From: an uncultured Actinomycetota bacterium
GTDB lineage: Bacteria > Actinomycetota > Actinomycetes > JAHEKZ01
Length of the DNA: 64,000 nucleotides
Direction: 5' to 3'
Assembly: GCA_963726575.1 (NCBI GenBank)
Contig: CAVSCR010000003.1
Span: forward strand, 226,518-290,517
Below the pieces are notes generated by a model. The model was given only the letters and a program-made list of their open reading frames with translations, did not search any database and had not been told where the DNA came from. Shown piece after piece: positions 33,058 through 46,573 of this stretch; position 1 is the stretch's first letter; each line of letters opens with the position of its first letter. The position numbers and the translations under genes are program-made.

Positions 33058-34184
33058 GAGACCGCGACCCCCGGTGCGTCCGGGAGGACGGTGGCCCTGA
33101 CGCACAAGACGTCGGGGAAGTGCTCGGCCACCCGACCCCACGTGGAACCGGCGTCGGTGCTGGCCCAGACCTCCCCCGAGCGGGTGCCGAAGTAGACGCC
33201 GAGCCGATCGGGGTCCTCCAGGCCGCCGACCCCGTCCACCGCGAGCGCGTCGCGCAGGACGACGCTGTAGAAGCCCTCGTCCGGGAGCCCGGTGCCCGAG
33301 GCACTCCAGGACTGGCCGGCGTCGTCGGTGCGGTAGACGCGGGCGCGGTACTCCGGCGGCATGCGATGGGCATCGGCCTGGAGCGGGAACAAGAAGGCCG
33401 TGCCTGCCCGGTAGGGATGTGCCACGAGACCGAACCCGAAGTCGGCCGGCAGCCCCGCGGTGGCCAGAGCCCAGGTGCTGCCGTCGTCGTGACTCGTGAA
33501 CACGCCGCCGTGGTTCTGCAGGTACAACCGTGTCGGGTCGGCACTGTCCCGCGTCACCTTGTGCACGCACTGTCCGTACTCCGGGTAGCGGTCCGGCTGG
33601 AAGCGAGCCTCGATGCCCGCGTTCGACGGCGCCCAGGATTCGCCACCGTCGGAAGACCGGTAGACCCCGCCGGTGGAGATGCCGACCAACACCTCGTCGG
33701 GATCCGTCGGATGGGGAAGCACTGTGTGCAGGCACAGGCCGCCGAACCCCGGCTGCCAGGTGGCGCGGTGCGGATGGTCCCAGAGGCCGCGCACCAGCTC
33801 GAAGCTCTCACCACCGTCATGGGACCGGAACAGCGCGGCGGGCTCGACGCCAGCCCACACCTCGCCGGGCCGATCCAGTGGACCTGGCTGCAGCTGCCAG
33901 ACCTGCGCGACGGCCGCCTCCGCATCGGAGGGGAACCGCAGTGCGGCGCGCTCCTCCTCGACCCATGTGACGCCGAGGTCGTCGGAGTGCATGACCACCG
34001 GCCCCCAGTGCTCATGCCGTCCGCCCATCAGAACGCGAAGCGGAGCCTGGCGGGCGTCGAGGCCGATCGCCGCCACCCGGGCCATGACGGCATGCGGACC
34101 ACTCCACGACCAGGTCCTTCGATCCTCGCTGGTGGCGAGAAACAGCCCCTTGTCGGTACCGACCGCGAGAAGCACGACAGCCAC
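33054..34184 (-). CDS. BNR/Asp-box repeat beta-propeller protein (sialidase / Ycf48-like fold)
   Basis: Six S-x-D-x-G-x-T/S-W boxes (SDDLGVTW, SHDGGESF, SSDGGESWA, SHDDGSTWA, TDDAGQSWS, STDAGSTWG). Confidence 0.75.
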   Translation of the reverse strand: MAVVLLAVGTDKGLFLATSEDRRTWSWSGPHAVMARVAAIGLDARQAPLRVLMGGRHEHWGPVVMHSDDLGVTWVEEERAALRFPSDAEAAVAQVWQLQPGPLDRPGEVWAGVEPAALFRSHDGGESFELVRGLWDHPHRATWQPGFGGLCLHTVLPHPTDPDEVLVGISTGGVYRSSDGGESWAPSNAGIEARFQPDRYPEYGQCVHKVTRDSADPTRLYLQNHGGVFTSHDDGSTWALATAGLPADFGFGLVAHPYRAGTAFLFPLQADAHRMPPEYRARVYRTDDAGQSWSASGTGLPDEGFYSVVLRDALAVDGVGGLEDPDRLGVYFGTRSGEVWASTDAGSTWGRVAEHFPDVLCVRATVLPDAPGVAVS

Positions 34185-34198
34185 TGCACACCTCCGAC

Positions 34199-35125
34199 TC
34201 AGTCCAACGCGACGAGCGACGACCCGGCGACGACGTTGGCCAGCGGTTGACCGCTGGCGAGCCGGGCGAGTTGTTCACTGACCAGCCGAGCAGCCCGGGG
34301 GCGGTACGCAGAGGTGTTGCCTCCGACGTGCGGACTGATCAGGAGGTTGGGAGCCTGCCACAACGGATGGCCCTCGGGGAGGGGCTCGGGGTCGGTCACG
34401 TCGAGCGCCGCGCAGAGCCGACCAGCCTGGAGCTCCGCCAGCAAGGCCTGAGTGTCGACCACCGGTCCTCGTGCGACGTTGACCAGCAGGGCGCCGTCAG
34501 GCATCGCGCCCAGGAAGCCGGCGTCGACCAGCCCCCGGGTGTCAGCGGTCAGCGGCACCGCGAGGATCACCACGTCGGCCCGAGGCAACAGCGCGGGCAG
34601 CTCCTCGACGCCATGCACGCCGGCGCGTGCCTGGCTGGCCACGGCGGTCACCGAGACCTCGAAGGGCGCCAGCCGCTGTCCGATGGCCTGCCCGACCGAT
34701 CCCCAGCCGACCACGAGCACGGTCCGGTCGGCCAGGGAGCACCGGAACTGGTGGTCCCAGCGCCCCGCGGCCTGGGCGCGGACGAAGTCCGGCAGACCAC
34801 GCAGCGAAGCCAAGAGCAGGCCCACGGCGAGCTCCGACGTGCTGGCGTCGTGAACGCCGGCGGCGTTGCACAGCGTGATCCCGGGCGGGAGAACGGCGAA
34901 CACGTGATCGACGCCCGCGGTCAACGTCTGCACCACACGCAGGCCCGGCAGCTCAGCGATCACGTCGATCGTCGAAGCGTCGCCCAGGTAGTCCGGCACG
35001 TAGAAGCCCACGCGGTCGCGGCCAGCGGGCATCGTCAGGCCGGCGCGCCACACCCGGACCTCGAACTGAGGCGGCACCGCGATGTCGGTGGCCCAGTCGT
35101 CGTACGGCAGCCAGATCAGGGTCAT
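34199..35125 (-). CDS. D-isomer-specific 2-hydroxyacid dehydrogenase family protein
   Basis: NAD-binding motif VVGWGSVGQAIGQRL and a catalytic R/E/H arrangement. Start taken at M11 (MTLIWLPYDD). Confidence 0.8.
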   Translation of the reverse strand: MTLIWLPYDDWATDIAVPPQFEVRVWRAGLTMPAGRDRVGFYVPDYLGDASTIDVIAELPGLRVVQTLTAGVDHVFAVLPPGITLCNAAGVHDASTSELAVGLLLASLRGLPDFVRAQAAGRWDHQFRCSLADRTVLVVGWGSVGQAIGQRLAPFEVSVTAVASQARAGVHGVEELPALLPRADVVILAVPLTADTRGLVDAGFLGAMPDGALLVNVARGPVVDTQALLAELQAGRLCAALDVTDPEPLPEGHPLWQAPNLLISPHVGGNTSAYRPRAARLVSEQLARLASGQPLANVVAGSSLVALD

Positions 35126-35210
35126 CCCGCTGACCGTAGCGACGGCGCTCCACACCCGTTCGGGCGACCGCCATTTCAGATCGCCCTGACCCCGCGCCGA
35201 TACCTAAGAG

Positions 35211-36041
35211 ATGTTTCTGTCCACGTCCCGCGTCCGTGCTGCGGCTCTGGCCGCCTGCGCCGTGACGGTCGCGTTCGGTGGCGCGGCAACCGCCTCAGCC
35301 GGCGCGATGCCTGCGGCCCCGTCGCGAACCACTGCCGCCACCCGGGTCATCACCTTGGGGCAGACCTACGACATCCAGTTCGCCGGACGGCTGGACCGGA
35401 CGGTCCCCGCTGACGTCTTCGAGGTGGACGGCGTCGACACCCCGAAGTCCGTGGTCACGGACCTTCACAAGCGCGGCAAGATCGTCGCCTGCTACATCTC
35501 GGCCGGCTCGTGGGAGAACTACCGTCCCGACGCCGGGAAGTTCCCCCAACGCGTCCTGGGACGCACCCTCGCCGGCTGGCCGGACGAGCGTTGGCTGGAC
35601 ATCCGCAAGGTGCACGTTCTGATGCCGTTGATGAAGGCACGCATGGACGTGTGCGTGCGAAAGGGATTCGACGCGATCGAGTTCGACAACGTCGACGGGC
35701 AGTCCAACCCGACCGGCTTCCCACTGACGCGTGCCGAGCAGGTCCGCTATGACCGCGACCTCGCCCGCGCCGCGCACGCGCGCGGGCTACAACCGGGGTT
35801 GAAGAACGCGCCCGAGCTGATCCCCCAGCTGGTCAACTCCTTCGACTGGGCGCTGAACGAGCAGTGCGTGCAGTACTCCGAGTGCAAGCCGTACGAGGCA
35901 TTCATCAAGCAGAACAAGGCCGTGTTCGTACTCGAGTACAACGTGAGCGTCAAGAAGATGTGTGCAGTGACCCAACCGCTCGGGCTCTACGCACAGAAGA
36001 AGCGGCTGTCGCTCAATGCCTGGCGAGCCACCTGCCCCTGA
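35211..36041 (+). CDS. secreted glycoside hydrolase family 114 (endo-alpha-1,4-polygalactosaminidase-like)
   Basis: Signal peptide, then the GH114 hallmark CYISAGSWENYRPD and a TIM-barrel-like body (WLDIRKVHVLMPL...GFDAIEFDNVDG). Confidence 0.75.
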   Translation: MFLSTSRVRAAALAACAVTVAFGGAATASAGAMPAAPSRTTAATRVITLGQTYDIQFAGRLDRTVPADVFEVDGVDTPKSVVTDLHKRGKIVACYISAGSWENYRPDAGKFPQRVLGRTLAGWPDERWLDIRKVHVLMPLMKARMDVCVRKGFDAIEFDNVDGQSNPTGFPLTRAEQVRYDRDLARAAHARGLQPGLKNAPELIPQLVNSFDWALNEQCVQYSECKPYEAFIKQNKAVFVLEYNVSVKKMCAVTQPLGLYAQKKRLSLNAWRATCP

Positions 36042-36044
36042 CTG

Positions 36045-36449
36045 CTACCGCGAGTCACTCCTCCGGGCGGGCGCGCCCACCGGTTGCTCGGCGATCAGGC
36101 AGAACTGGTTGCCCTCCGGGTCGGACATCACCCGCCAGTTGAACCCGTACTCGGAGATGTCGCCGTCGGGCACGGTCCCGCCGCCGAAAGCCTGGACGCG
36201 TTGCGTTGCTTGCTGCAGATCGTCCACGACTAGGTCAACGTGCAACCGGTTCTTGCCCGGCGTGGGCCGTGCCACCCGGTGCAACGAAAGGGACGGGCCG
36301 CCGTCCACCGGCGTCAGGTTCACGTAGTGCGGCGGTTCTCCGTAAGTGACCTGTACGTCCGTACCCAGCAGCGCCGCCCAGAACTGTCCCAACCGCTGCG
36401 GGTCGACGCAGTCGATCTGGACGTAACCGAGCCGACCGACGCCGGTCAC
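36045..36449 (-). CDS. VOC (glyoxalase/bleomycin-resistance/dioxygenase) family protein
   Basis: C-terminal 134 aa of track ORF 36045..36854 ([29 protein letters not shown]...). The GTG start at 36449 overlaps the gatB stop (GTGA). The upstream part of the track ORF lies antisense within gatB. Confidence 0.7.
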   Translation of the reverse strand: MTGVGRLGYVQIDCVDPQRLGQFWAALLGTDVQVTYGEPPHYVNLTPVDGGPSLSLHRVARPTPGKNRLHVDLVVDDLQQATQRVQAFGGGTVPDGDISEYGFNWRVMSDPEGNQFCLIAEQPVGAPARRSDSR

Positions 36450-37960
36450 GTCGTTGCCGTTCCCGCCCGCTCCAGCACGAGCTCGCGCACGCGAGCGGCG
36501 TCGGCCTGACCCTTCGTGGCCTTCATGACGGCACCAACCACCGCGCCGGCCACCTGAACCTTGCCCGCGCGCAACTTCTGCGCCACGTCGGGCTGAGCTG
36601 CAAGCGCCTCGTCGATCGCCGACAGCAGGGCTGAGTCGTCCGACACCACGGCCAGGCCCCGCGAGGCGACCACGGCATCGGGATCGCCGTACCCGTCGAC
36701 AACCGCCTCGATCACCTGGCGGGCGAGCTTGTCGTTGAGCGCACCCTCGCCGACCAGCGCGACGACGCGCGCCACCTGCGCAGGCGTGATCGCGAGCTCG
36801 GCGAGGTCCACCGTCTTCTCGTTCGCCAGTCGGGCCAGCTCCCCCATCCACCACTTGCGCGCCGAGTCGGCGTCAGCGCCGGCTTCGACGGTGGCTTCGA
36901 CGAGCTCCACCCCGCCGGCATTGGCCAGTGACTGCATGTCGTGGTCCGACGCGCCCCACAGCTCCTGCAGCCGGCGCCGACGCTGAGCGGGCGGTTCCGG
37001 CAGGGTCTCGCGCAGGCGTTCCACCAGGTCGGCCGCCGGAGCGACCGGGGTCAGATCGGGTTCGGGGAAGTAGCGGTAGTCCTCGGCTTCTTCCTTGCTA
37101 CGCCCAGACGTGGTGCTGCCGTCGGTCTCCATGAAGTGCCGCGTCTCCTGCACCACCTTCGCCCCGGTGCGGAGCACCGCGGCCTGGCGCTGGATCTCGT
37201 AGCGCACGGCCCGTTCCACTGACCGCAGCGAGTTGACGTTCTTCGTCTCGGTGCGCGTTCCCAACGTGGTCGATCCCTTGGGCTTCAACGACACGTTGGC
37301 GTCGACGCGCAACGAGCCTTGGTGCATGTGGGCGTCCGAGACGCCAAGAGCGACGATGAGGTCGCGCAGCTCGCCGGCGTAGGCCCGAGCCACGGTCGGT
37401 GCGATGACGCCCGGCACCTCGATCGTCTTGGTCACGATCTCGATCAGCGGAACGCCAGCACGGTTGTAGTCGATGAGGGAGTAGTCGGCACCATGGATGC
37501 GTCCCGTCGCACTTCCGACGTGGGTGTTCTTGCCGGTGTCCTCCTCCATATGAGCCCGTTCGATCCTGACTCGGACCGTCTGCGGACCGTCGTCGGTGGG
37601 CACCTCGACATCGAGATAGCCGTCGAAGGCGATCGGCTCGTCGTACTGCGACGTCTGGAAGTCCTTGGGCATGTCCGGGTAGAAGTAGTTCTTGCGGGCG
37701 AAGCGCGACCATGGCGCGATGGAACAGTTCAACGCCAACCCGATGCGGATGGCCGACTCCACCGCCTTCTCGTTCACGACAGGGAGTGAACCGGGCAGGC
37801 CCAGACACACCGGGCACACCTGGGTGTTGGGCTCGGCGCCGAACGCAGTAGGGCATCCGCAGAACATCTTCGACGCGGTGTTCAGCTCGACGTGGACCTC
37901 GAGCCCCATGACGGGGTCGAACTGCGCGATCGCGTCGTCGAACGGCACGAGGTCGGTCAT
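36446..37960 (-). CDS. gatB: Asp-tRNA(Asn)/Glu-tRNA(Gln) amidotransferase subunit B
   Basis: [21 protein letters not shown]...; full-length GatB. Confidence 0.95.
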   Translation of the reverse strand: MTDLVPFDDAIAQFDPVMGLEVHVELNTASKMFCGCPTAFGAEPNTQVCPVCLGLPGSLPVVNEKAVESAIRIGLALNCSIAPWSRFARKNYFYPDMPKDFQTSQYDEPIAFDGYLDVEVPTDDGPQTVRVRIERAHMEEDTGKNTHVGSATGRIHGADYSLIDYNRAGVPLIEIVTKTIEVPGVIAPTVARAYAGELRDLIVALGVSDAHMHQGSLRVDANVSLKPKGSTTLGTRTETKNVNSLRSVERAVRYEIQRQAAVLRTGAKVVQETRHFMETDGSTTSGRSKEEAEDYRYFPEPDLTPVAPAADLVERLRETLPEPPAQRRRRLQELWGASDHDMQSLANAGGVELVEATVEAGADADSARKWWMGELARLANEKTVDLAELAITPAQVARVVALVGEGALNDKLARQVIEAVVDGYGDPDAVVASRGLAVVSDDSALLSAIDEALAAQPDVAQKLRAGKVQVAGAVVGAVMKATKGQADAARVRELVLERAGTATT

Positions 37961-39486
37961 CGCGCCCCACCGCCCGATCCGACTCCGAGCAGCTCTGGCG
38001 CGGATTGCAGCAACGGGCCGGCCCAGCGTTCGTGCAGCACGCGTTCCACGGCCGCTCCTACCCGATAGACGCGCTCGTCGGCCTGAACCGGCGCCATGAT
38101 CTGCAGGCCGACGGGCAAGCCGTCGTCGCCGAGTCCGGCTGGCAGGCTCATGGCCGGCCCTCCGTACAGGCTCGACGGCAACGTCGCGAGGTCAGCCTTG
38201 TACATCGCCACCGGGTCGTCAGCACGCTCGCCGATGCGGAAGGCCACAGTTGGAGTGGTCGGCGAGATGAGCACATCAGCCGATGCATAGGCGGCTTCGA
38301 AGTCGCGCCGGATCAAGGTGCGGACCTTCTGGGCCTGACCGTAGTAGGCGTCGTAGTAGCCAGCTGACAAGGCATAGGTGCCGAGCATGATGCGGCGCTT
38401 GACCTCGTCTCCGAACCCGGCTGCGCGTGTCTTGGCCATGACTTGTTCCACGCCGGCGTCGCCGTCGTCGCCGACCCGGAGCCCATACCGCATCCCGTCG
38501 AACCGGGCCAGGTTGCTCGAACACTCACTCGGCGCGATCAGGTAGTACGCCGCCAGGCCGTATTCGAAGTGCGGGCAGTCGACGGTGACGATCTCTGCCC
38601 CGAGATCGGCCAGCAACGAGACCATCTCGGTGAACCGCGCCTGTACACCGGGCTGATAGCCGTCGCCCTGCAACTGCGCCACGACGCCGATCCGCAGTCC
38701 GCTGATGTCACCGAGCTCACCACGTGCGGCGGCCACCACCGGAGGCAACGGCGCATCGATCGAGGTGGCATCCATCGGGTCGTGACCCCCGATCGTCGCG
38801 TGCAGCAGGGCCGCGTCGAGCACCGTGCGGGCGAACGGGCCGGCTTGGTCGAGTGAGGAGGAGAACGCCACGATGCCGTAGCGCGAGACACCGCCGTAGG
38901 TGGGCTTCACCCCGACGATGCCGGTGACAGCGGCCGGTTGTCGGATCGAGCCGCCGGTGTCGGTGCCGATCGCCAGCGGCGCCTGGTACGCAGCGACCGC
39001 AGCGCTCGACCCGCCAGAGGACCCACCAGGGATCCGGTCCAATGCCCACGGGTTGTGCGTGGGCCCGTAGGCAGAATTCTCGGTGGACGAGCCCATGGCG
39101 AACTCGTCCATGTTGGTCTTGCCGAGGATCACCACGCCCGCCTCGCGCAGCCGCGTGGTGACGGTCGCGTCGTAGGGCGGGATCCACCCCTGCAGAATGC
39201 GTGAGCCGCAGGTCGTGGGGATCCCCCGCGTCGTGAACACGTCCTTCAGGGCCAACGGGACACCGGCCAACGGGCCGAGCGGCTCGCCGTTGGCCAGCTG
39301 GACGTCGACCGCGCGAGCAGCGGCGAGCGCTCCCTCGCGGTCGACGTGCAAGAACGCGTGCAGCGACTCGTCGGTGGCCTCGATCCGTTCCAGGTGAGCG
39401 AGTGCGACCTCCTCCGCCGAGGCCGAACCGCCGGCCACCATCTGTGCCAGCTCGGCGGCGGTGGCCCTGGTCAGGTCGCCGCTCAC
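37957..39486 (-). CDS. gatA: Asp-tRNA(Asn)/Glu-tRNA(Gln) amidotransferase subunit A
   Basis: Amidase-signature [12 protein letters not shown]. Start and stop overlap gatC and gatB. Confidence 0.95.
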   Translation of the reverse strand: MSGDLTRATAAELAQMVAGGSASAEEVALAHLERIEATDESLHAFLHVDREGALAAARAVDVQLANGEPLGPLAGVPLALKDVFTTRGIPTTCGSRILQGWIPPYDATVTTRLREAGVVILGKTNMDEFAMGSSTENSAYGPTHNPWALDRIPGGSSGGSSAAVAAYQAPLAIGTDTGGSIRQPAAVTGIVGVKPTYGGVSRYGIVAFSSSLDQAGPFARTVLDAALLHATIGGHDPMDATSIDAPLPPVVAAARGELGDISGLRIGVVAQLQGDGYQPGVQARFTEMVSLLADLGAEIVTVDCPHFEYGLAAYYLIAPSECSSNLARFDGMRYGLRVGDDGDAGVEQVMAKTRAAGFGDEVKRRIMLGTYALSAGYYDAYYGQAQKVRTLIRRDFEAAYASADVLISPTTPTVAFRIGERADDPVAMYKADLATLPSSLYGGPAMSLPAGLGDDGLPVGLQIMAPVQADERVYRVGAAVERVLHERWAGPLLQSAPELLGVGSGGGAR

Positions 39487-39794
39487 TGCTCCTCCTCGTC
39501 GAGGATGCGCGGCACGCGGAACCGACCGTCTTCGGTCGCCGGTGCCGCAGCGAGCGCATCGGCCTGGGCCAGCGATGGCCGCACGACGTCAGCCCTCGTG
39601 ACGTTGACGACCGGTACGGCGTGGGTGGTGGGCGGCACGTCAGCCGCTGCCACCTCTGCGACGCGGGCGACCGCCGACAAGATGACGTCGAGCTGCCCCC
39701 CGAGGTGGTCGAGCTCGGCATCCCCGAGATCGAGCCGGGACAGCCGCGCGAGGTGGGCGACTTGGTCGCGGGAGAGCGCAGGCATGGCGCTCAT
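39483..39794 (-). CDS. gatC: Asp-tRNA(Asn)/Glu-tRNA(Gln) amidotransferase subunit C
   Basis: 103 aa ([36 protein letters not shown]...). Confidence 0.9.
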   Translation of the reverse strand: MSAMPALSRDQVAHLARLSRLDLGDAELDHLGGQLDVILSAVARVAEVAAADVPPTTHAVPVVNVTRADVVRPSLAQADALAAAPATEDGRFRVPRILDEEEQ

Positions 39795-39806
39795 CCTAGG
39801 GAGCCG

Positions 39807-41111
39807 TCACGGCCCCGCTTCCTGGCGTGGTCGCATCGTCGACGCCGTCTCAGGTGACCAGACTCGGATGCCGCCGCCTTCGGCCTTGGCCAGGAACATC
39901 GCCTGGTCGGCCCGGTGGATCGCCTCGTCGACCGACAGCGGCTCGGTTCGCGTGACCGTCACCAGGCCGACGCTCGCGCCGATCGGCAACGCAGCCTGGC
40001 CGAAGGGGACCACGCGCGACACCGATCGCACGATGCGTTCGGCGACGTCGACCGCATCGTGGGGATCTGGCCGGTCGGTGAGCAGCACGGCGAACTCGTC
40101 GCCTCCGTAGCGCGCCACGAGGTCGTCGCCGCGAACACTCGAGGCGATGCGCTCGGCCGTGGTACGCAGCACGGCATCACCGGCGAGGTGGCCATACCGG
40201 TCGTTGACGGCCTTGAAGCCGTCCATGTCAAGGACGAGAACGGCCACGGACTGGCGCCGCTGGATCGCCTCGGCCAGTCGGGCGAAGAACAGCCTGCGGT
40301 TCGCGACCCCGGTCAACGGGTCGTGCAACGCCTCGTGGTTGGCCGAGCGCGACAGGTCGTAGGTGCGCGAGAACAACAGCAGCGGCAGCAACAAGAGAAC
40401 CGGATAGACCGAGCCGGCCGCGGCGAGTACGACCACGACGAGAGCCAGCGTGTCGGCCAGCAGGTCGGCGACCAGATACCACCGCACGTTGGCGCTGAAG
40501 TCCTGGGCGAATGTCGGGCCCTCGGGGTCGGCCGCCAGCGCCACCAAGGTGTCGTTGACGACGAAGTGCGCCACCCACGTGGCGACCACCCAGCCAATGT
40601 CGTTCCACACGGGCAACTGCCCTTGGCCCATGGGAGCGCCGCCGAGCGCCATCATCACGGCGCCGGCTGCGCCCATGGACACGACGAACTGCGCGACGTT
40701 GAAGGCGACCTTCCAGCCTTCCTTCCCCTGGAAGACTGTTCCCAGGCCCCAGCTCACCGCGGTCACCACGATCGCGGGAGCCGGTCCCCACAGGTACAGC
40801 GCCGCGAACGCGAACGACTGGCCAAGGTGGATGGTCGTGGGCTGGGGGTACTGCAACACGGTGAGCGGACGCAGCTCGAAGAGCACCGCGCCGAGGAGGA
40901 TCAAGAAGAACGCTGGCGTCACGTCGTGCCAGCCTGCCCAGGTGATGGCGCGCACGAGCAGCACCGCAGCGGTCACCCAGACCGCGACCACGGTGACGCT
41001 GAACACGGAAACCCGACGCATCGACGCCGCAAACCCCCGCGGCACCTCAAGCGTCTGTCCCGGCTGACGAACAGCCGGTCCCACCATCGTCTTACCCCCC
41101 TGCCCCTTCAT
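39807..41111 (-). CDS. membrane-anchored diguanylate cyclase (polytopic N-terminal sensor domain plus GGDEF)
   Basis: About 6 TM segments (WKVAFNVAQFVVSMGAAGAVM...), then RYGGDEFAVLL and an intact I-site-like RxxD. The true start may be M9 or M31. Confidence 0.85.
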   Translation of the reverse strand: MKGQGGKTMVGPAVRQPGQTLEVPRGFAASMRRVSVFSVTVVAVWVTAAVLLVRAITWAGWHDVTPAFFLILLGAVLFELRPLTVLQYPQPTTIHLGQSFAFAALYLWGPAPAIVVTAVSWGLGTVFQGKEGWKVAFNVAQFVVSMGAAGAVMMALGGAPMGQGQLPVWNDIGWVVATWVAHFVVNDTLVALAADPEGPTFAQDFSANVRWYLVADLLADTLALVVVVLAAAGSVYPVLLLLPLLLFSRTYDLSRSANHEALHDPLTGVANRRLFFARLAEAIQRRQSVAVLVLDMDGFKAVNDRYGHLAGDAVLRTTAERIASSVRGDDLVARYGGDEFAVLLTDRPDPHDAVDVAERIVRSVSRVVPFGQAALPIGASVGLVTVTRTEPLSVDEAIHRADQAMFLAKAEGGGIRVWSPETASTMRPRQEAGP

Positions 41112-41138
41112 GTGTGCGCCCGCCCACTCACGGGATTC

Positions 41139-43265
41139 CTACCAACCCCCGGCCGTTCCTTGAACCAGACGCAGCGAGCGATGCCGTGACGGATGCCGCA
41201 GCAGCCACCGCGTGGCCTGCTGGGCGTCCATCGGCCGGCTGATGAACCAGCCCTGCGCCACGTCGCAGCCGAGCTCGCGCAGGCGGTCCCACACCGCCTC
41301 GTCCTCGACCCCTTCGGCCACGGCGATCATTCCGAGGCCGTGGCTGAGCTCGACGATCGAACGGACGATCGTGAAGTCGGCGGGGTCGTTCGTCAGCCGT
41401 CCGACGAACGTCCGGTCGATCTTCAGCTCGTCCACGGGCAGGTGCTTCAGCCACTTCAGCGACGACTCACCGGTCCCGAAGTCGTCCAGCGAGATGTGCA
41501 CCCCGAGGCGACGCAGCTCCGACAAGGTGGGCGTCACCGGTGCAGCGTCCTTGGTGAGCACCCGCTCGGTGATCTCGAGCACGAGCGCGGCCGCCGGCAG
41601 GTCGTACAGCTCCAGGGAGCGGGCCACCGTCTGCTGCAGCTCGGGACCCTGCAGGTCGCGCATGGACACGTTGACCGCGACCGAGATGTCGAGTCCGGCC
41701 GCGCGCCACTGCGCCACCTGCGCCAAGGCGGTCTCGACGACGAAGGACGTCAAGGTGCCCATCAGCCCGGAGTGCTCGGCGATCGGGATGAACTCGTCGG
41801 GCATGATCAGGCCACGCGTGGGGTGTCGCCAGCGAACCAGTGCCTCGACGCCGGTCACGTCCGACGTGGCCAGCGACAGCTTGGGTTGGTAGTGCAGCTC
41901 CAGCTCGCCGCCCTCGAGCGCCGTGCGGAGCCCACCCAGCAGGGCCAGGCGGTTGGCCGAGTTCGGATCGCGGTCGGCGGCGTAGATCTCGACCCCGGTG
42001 CGACTGTCCTTGGCGAGGTACATGGCGACGTCGGCTCGCTGCAGCAGCTGTTCGCCGTCGACGCCGTGCTCGGGGAACATCGCGACGCCGATGCTGGCTT
42101 CCAGCTCGAACAGCAGTCCCTCGAGGTGGAACGGCGTCACCAGAGCAGCGCGGACCCGGTGCGCCACCTCCACCGCGGCCTGGTCATCGCGGATCGGCGC
42201 CAGCATGAGGGCGAACTCGTCACCGCCAAGGCGAGCGACCAGGTCACCGGGTCGCAACGCCGACTGGATCCGGCTACCGGCCAGCTGCAGCAGCCGGTCC
42301 CCGACGTGATGGCCGAGGGTGTCGTTGACCTCCTTGAACCGGTCGAGGTCGAGCAGGCACAGCGCGGCACGGTAGCCGTCGCGGCTGCAGTCGTCGAGGG
42401 CGTCGCCGAGCCGTGCCAACAAGTACTTGCGGTTCGGCAGCTGGGTCAACGTGTCGTGCAGCGACGCATGTTCCTTCTCGCGCGAGATCGACGCCGTCTT
42501 GCGCACCGCGATGAGCGGCAGGATCCACAGCGGCAGGTACAGCGGCTCGGCGGCCGAGAACACGACCAGTGGCGACAGAGCCAACACCGCCATCGTGGTC
42601 AGGAAGTAGTACCAGAAGTCATCGAAGAAGTCCTGGACGAACGTGCGTCCCACGTCATCGGACAAGGTGGCGACCAACACGTCGTTGGTGACGAAGAACG
42701 CCAGCCAGCCGAGCACGATCCAGATCAGTGACGAGGCAACGAGCGCGCCCGGCTGCTCCAAGGACGCCTGGTGGCCGGCGAGCTCCATGACGGCGGCCGC
42801 TGCCGCCAGGCTCAACGTGTACTGACCGACGTTGAAGAACCACTTCCACACCGGCTTGCGACGGCGGGCCTCGGAGATCAGCGTGCCCACGGCAAGCAAG
42901 GTGATGGCAGGCCAGGGCCCGTACAGGTACAGCACGGCGAACACGAATGCGTGCGACGTGACGACCCCTTGCGGGTCGGAGCTGCCCGCAGCGATGACCG
43001 GCCACAGCTCGCCGAGGATGACCAGCGCGGCCAGACCCCAGAAGGCCTTGGCATCGCTGGGCGGGGTGTGCGCAAGAGCGGAGACGGTCTGGGCCAGCGC
43101 GAAGACGACCAGGAGCCCGCCCGCCCACACCGAGAGGTTCCAGAAGAACGCGAACCCCGACGGTCGGACCAGCGATGGTCGACGCGATGACGCGGCCACG
43201 GCCCTCCCCAAAGCGCCTCGGCAGGTCTTTCCCCCTGACGCTACAAAGAGTAGCCCCGTAAGCAC
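41139..43265 (-). CDS. membrane-anchored GGDEF-EAL protein (diguanylate cyclase / c-di-GMP phosphodiesterase), paralogous N-terminal membrane domain
   Basis: The N-terminal TM domain is homologous to the upstream gene (WKWFFNVGQYTLSLAAAAAVM). It has RLGGDEFALML (GGDEF) and EALVRW...DDFGTG...ELKIDRTFV (EAL). Confidence 0.85.
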   Translation of the reverse strand: MLTGLLFVASGGKTCRGALGRAVAASSRRPSLVRPSGFAFFWNLSVWAGGLLVVFALAQTVSALAHTPPSDAKAFWGLAALVILGELWPVIAAGSSDPQGVVTSHAFVFAVLYLYGPWPAITLLAVGTLISEARRRKPVWKWFFNVGQYTLSLAAAAAVMELAGHQASLEQPGALVASSLIWIVLGWLAFFVTNDVLVATLSDDVGRTFVQDFFDDFWYYFLTTMAVLALSPLVVFSAAEPLYLPLWILPLIAVRKTASISREKEHASLHDTLTQLPNRKYLLARLGDALDDCSRDGYRAALCLLDLDRFKEVNDTLGHHVGDRLLQLAGSRIQSALRPGDLVARLGGDEFALMLAPIRDDQAAVEVAHRVRAALVTPFHLEGLLFELEASIGVAMFPEHGVDGEQLLQRADVAMYLAKDSRTGVEIYAADRDPNSANRLALLGGLRTALEGGELELHYQPKLSLATSDVTGVEALVRWRHPTRGLIMPDEFIPIAEHSGLMGTLTSFVVETALAQVAQWRAAGLDISVAVNVSMRDLQGPELQQTVARSLELYDLPAAALVLEITERVLTKDAAPVTPTLSELRRLGVHISLDDFGTGESSLKWLKHLPVDELKIDRTFVGRLTNDPADFTIVRSIVELSHGLGMIAVAEGVEDEAVWDRLRELGCDVAQGWFISRPMDAQQATRWLLRHPSRHRSLRLVQGTAGGW

Positions 43266-43343
43266 TGTCGGTCATCGCTCGATCGGCCTAAACCGGCATC
43301 CTCGCGACGTTTCACCCCTTCAGCCGATTCATAGCCGAACTTT

Positions 43344-46569
<3,226 letters not shown>

Positions 46570-46573
<4 letters not shown>

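Noticed and set aside
33058-33735. N-terminal 226 aa of track ORF 32764..33735
   Set aside because: It overlaps the BNR-repeat gene in another frame and is Arg/Gly-rich. Only the C-terminal 97 aa (MoaD/ThiS-like, GTG at 33057) look genuine.
36450-36854. N-terminal extension of the VOC-family ORF into gatB
   Set aside because: Antisense within gatB and Gly/Arg low-complexity. The VOC fold begins at the GTG at 36449.
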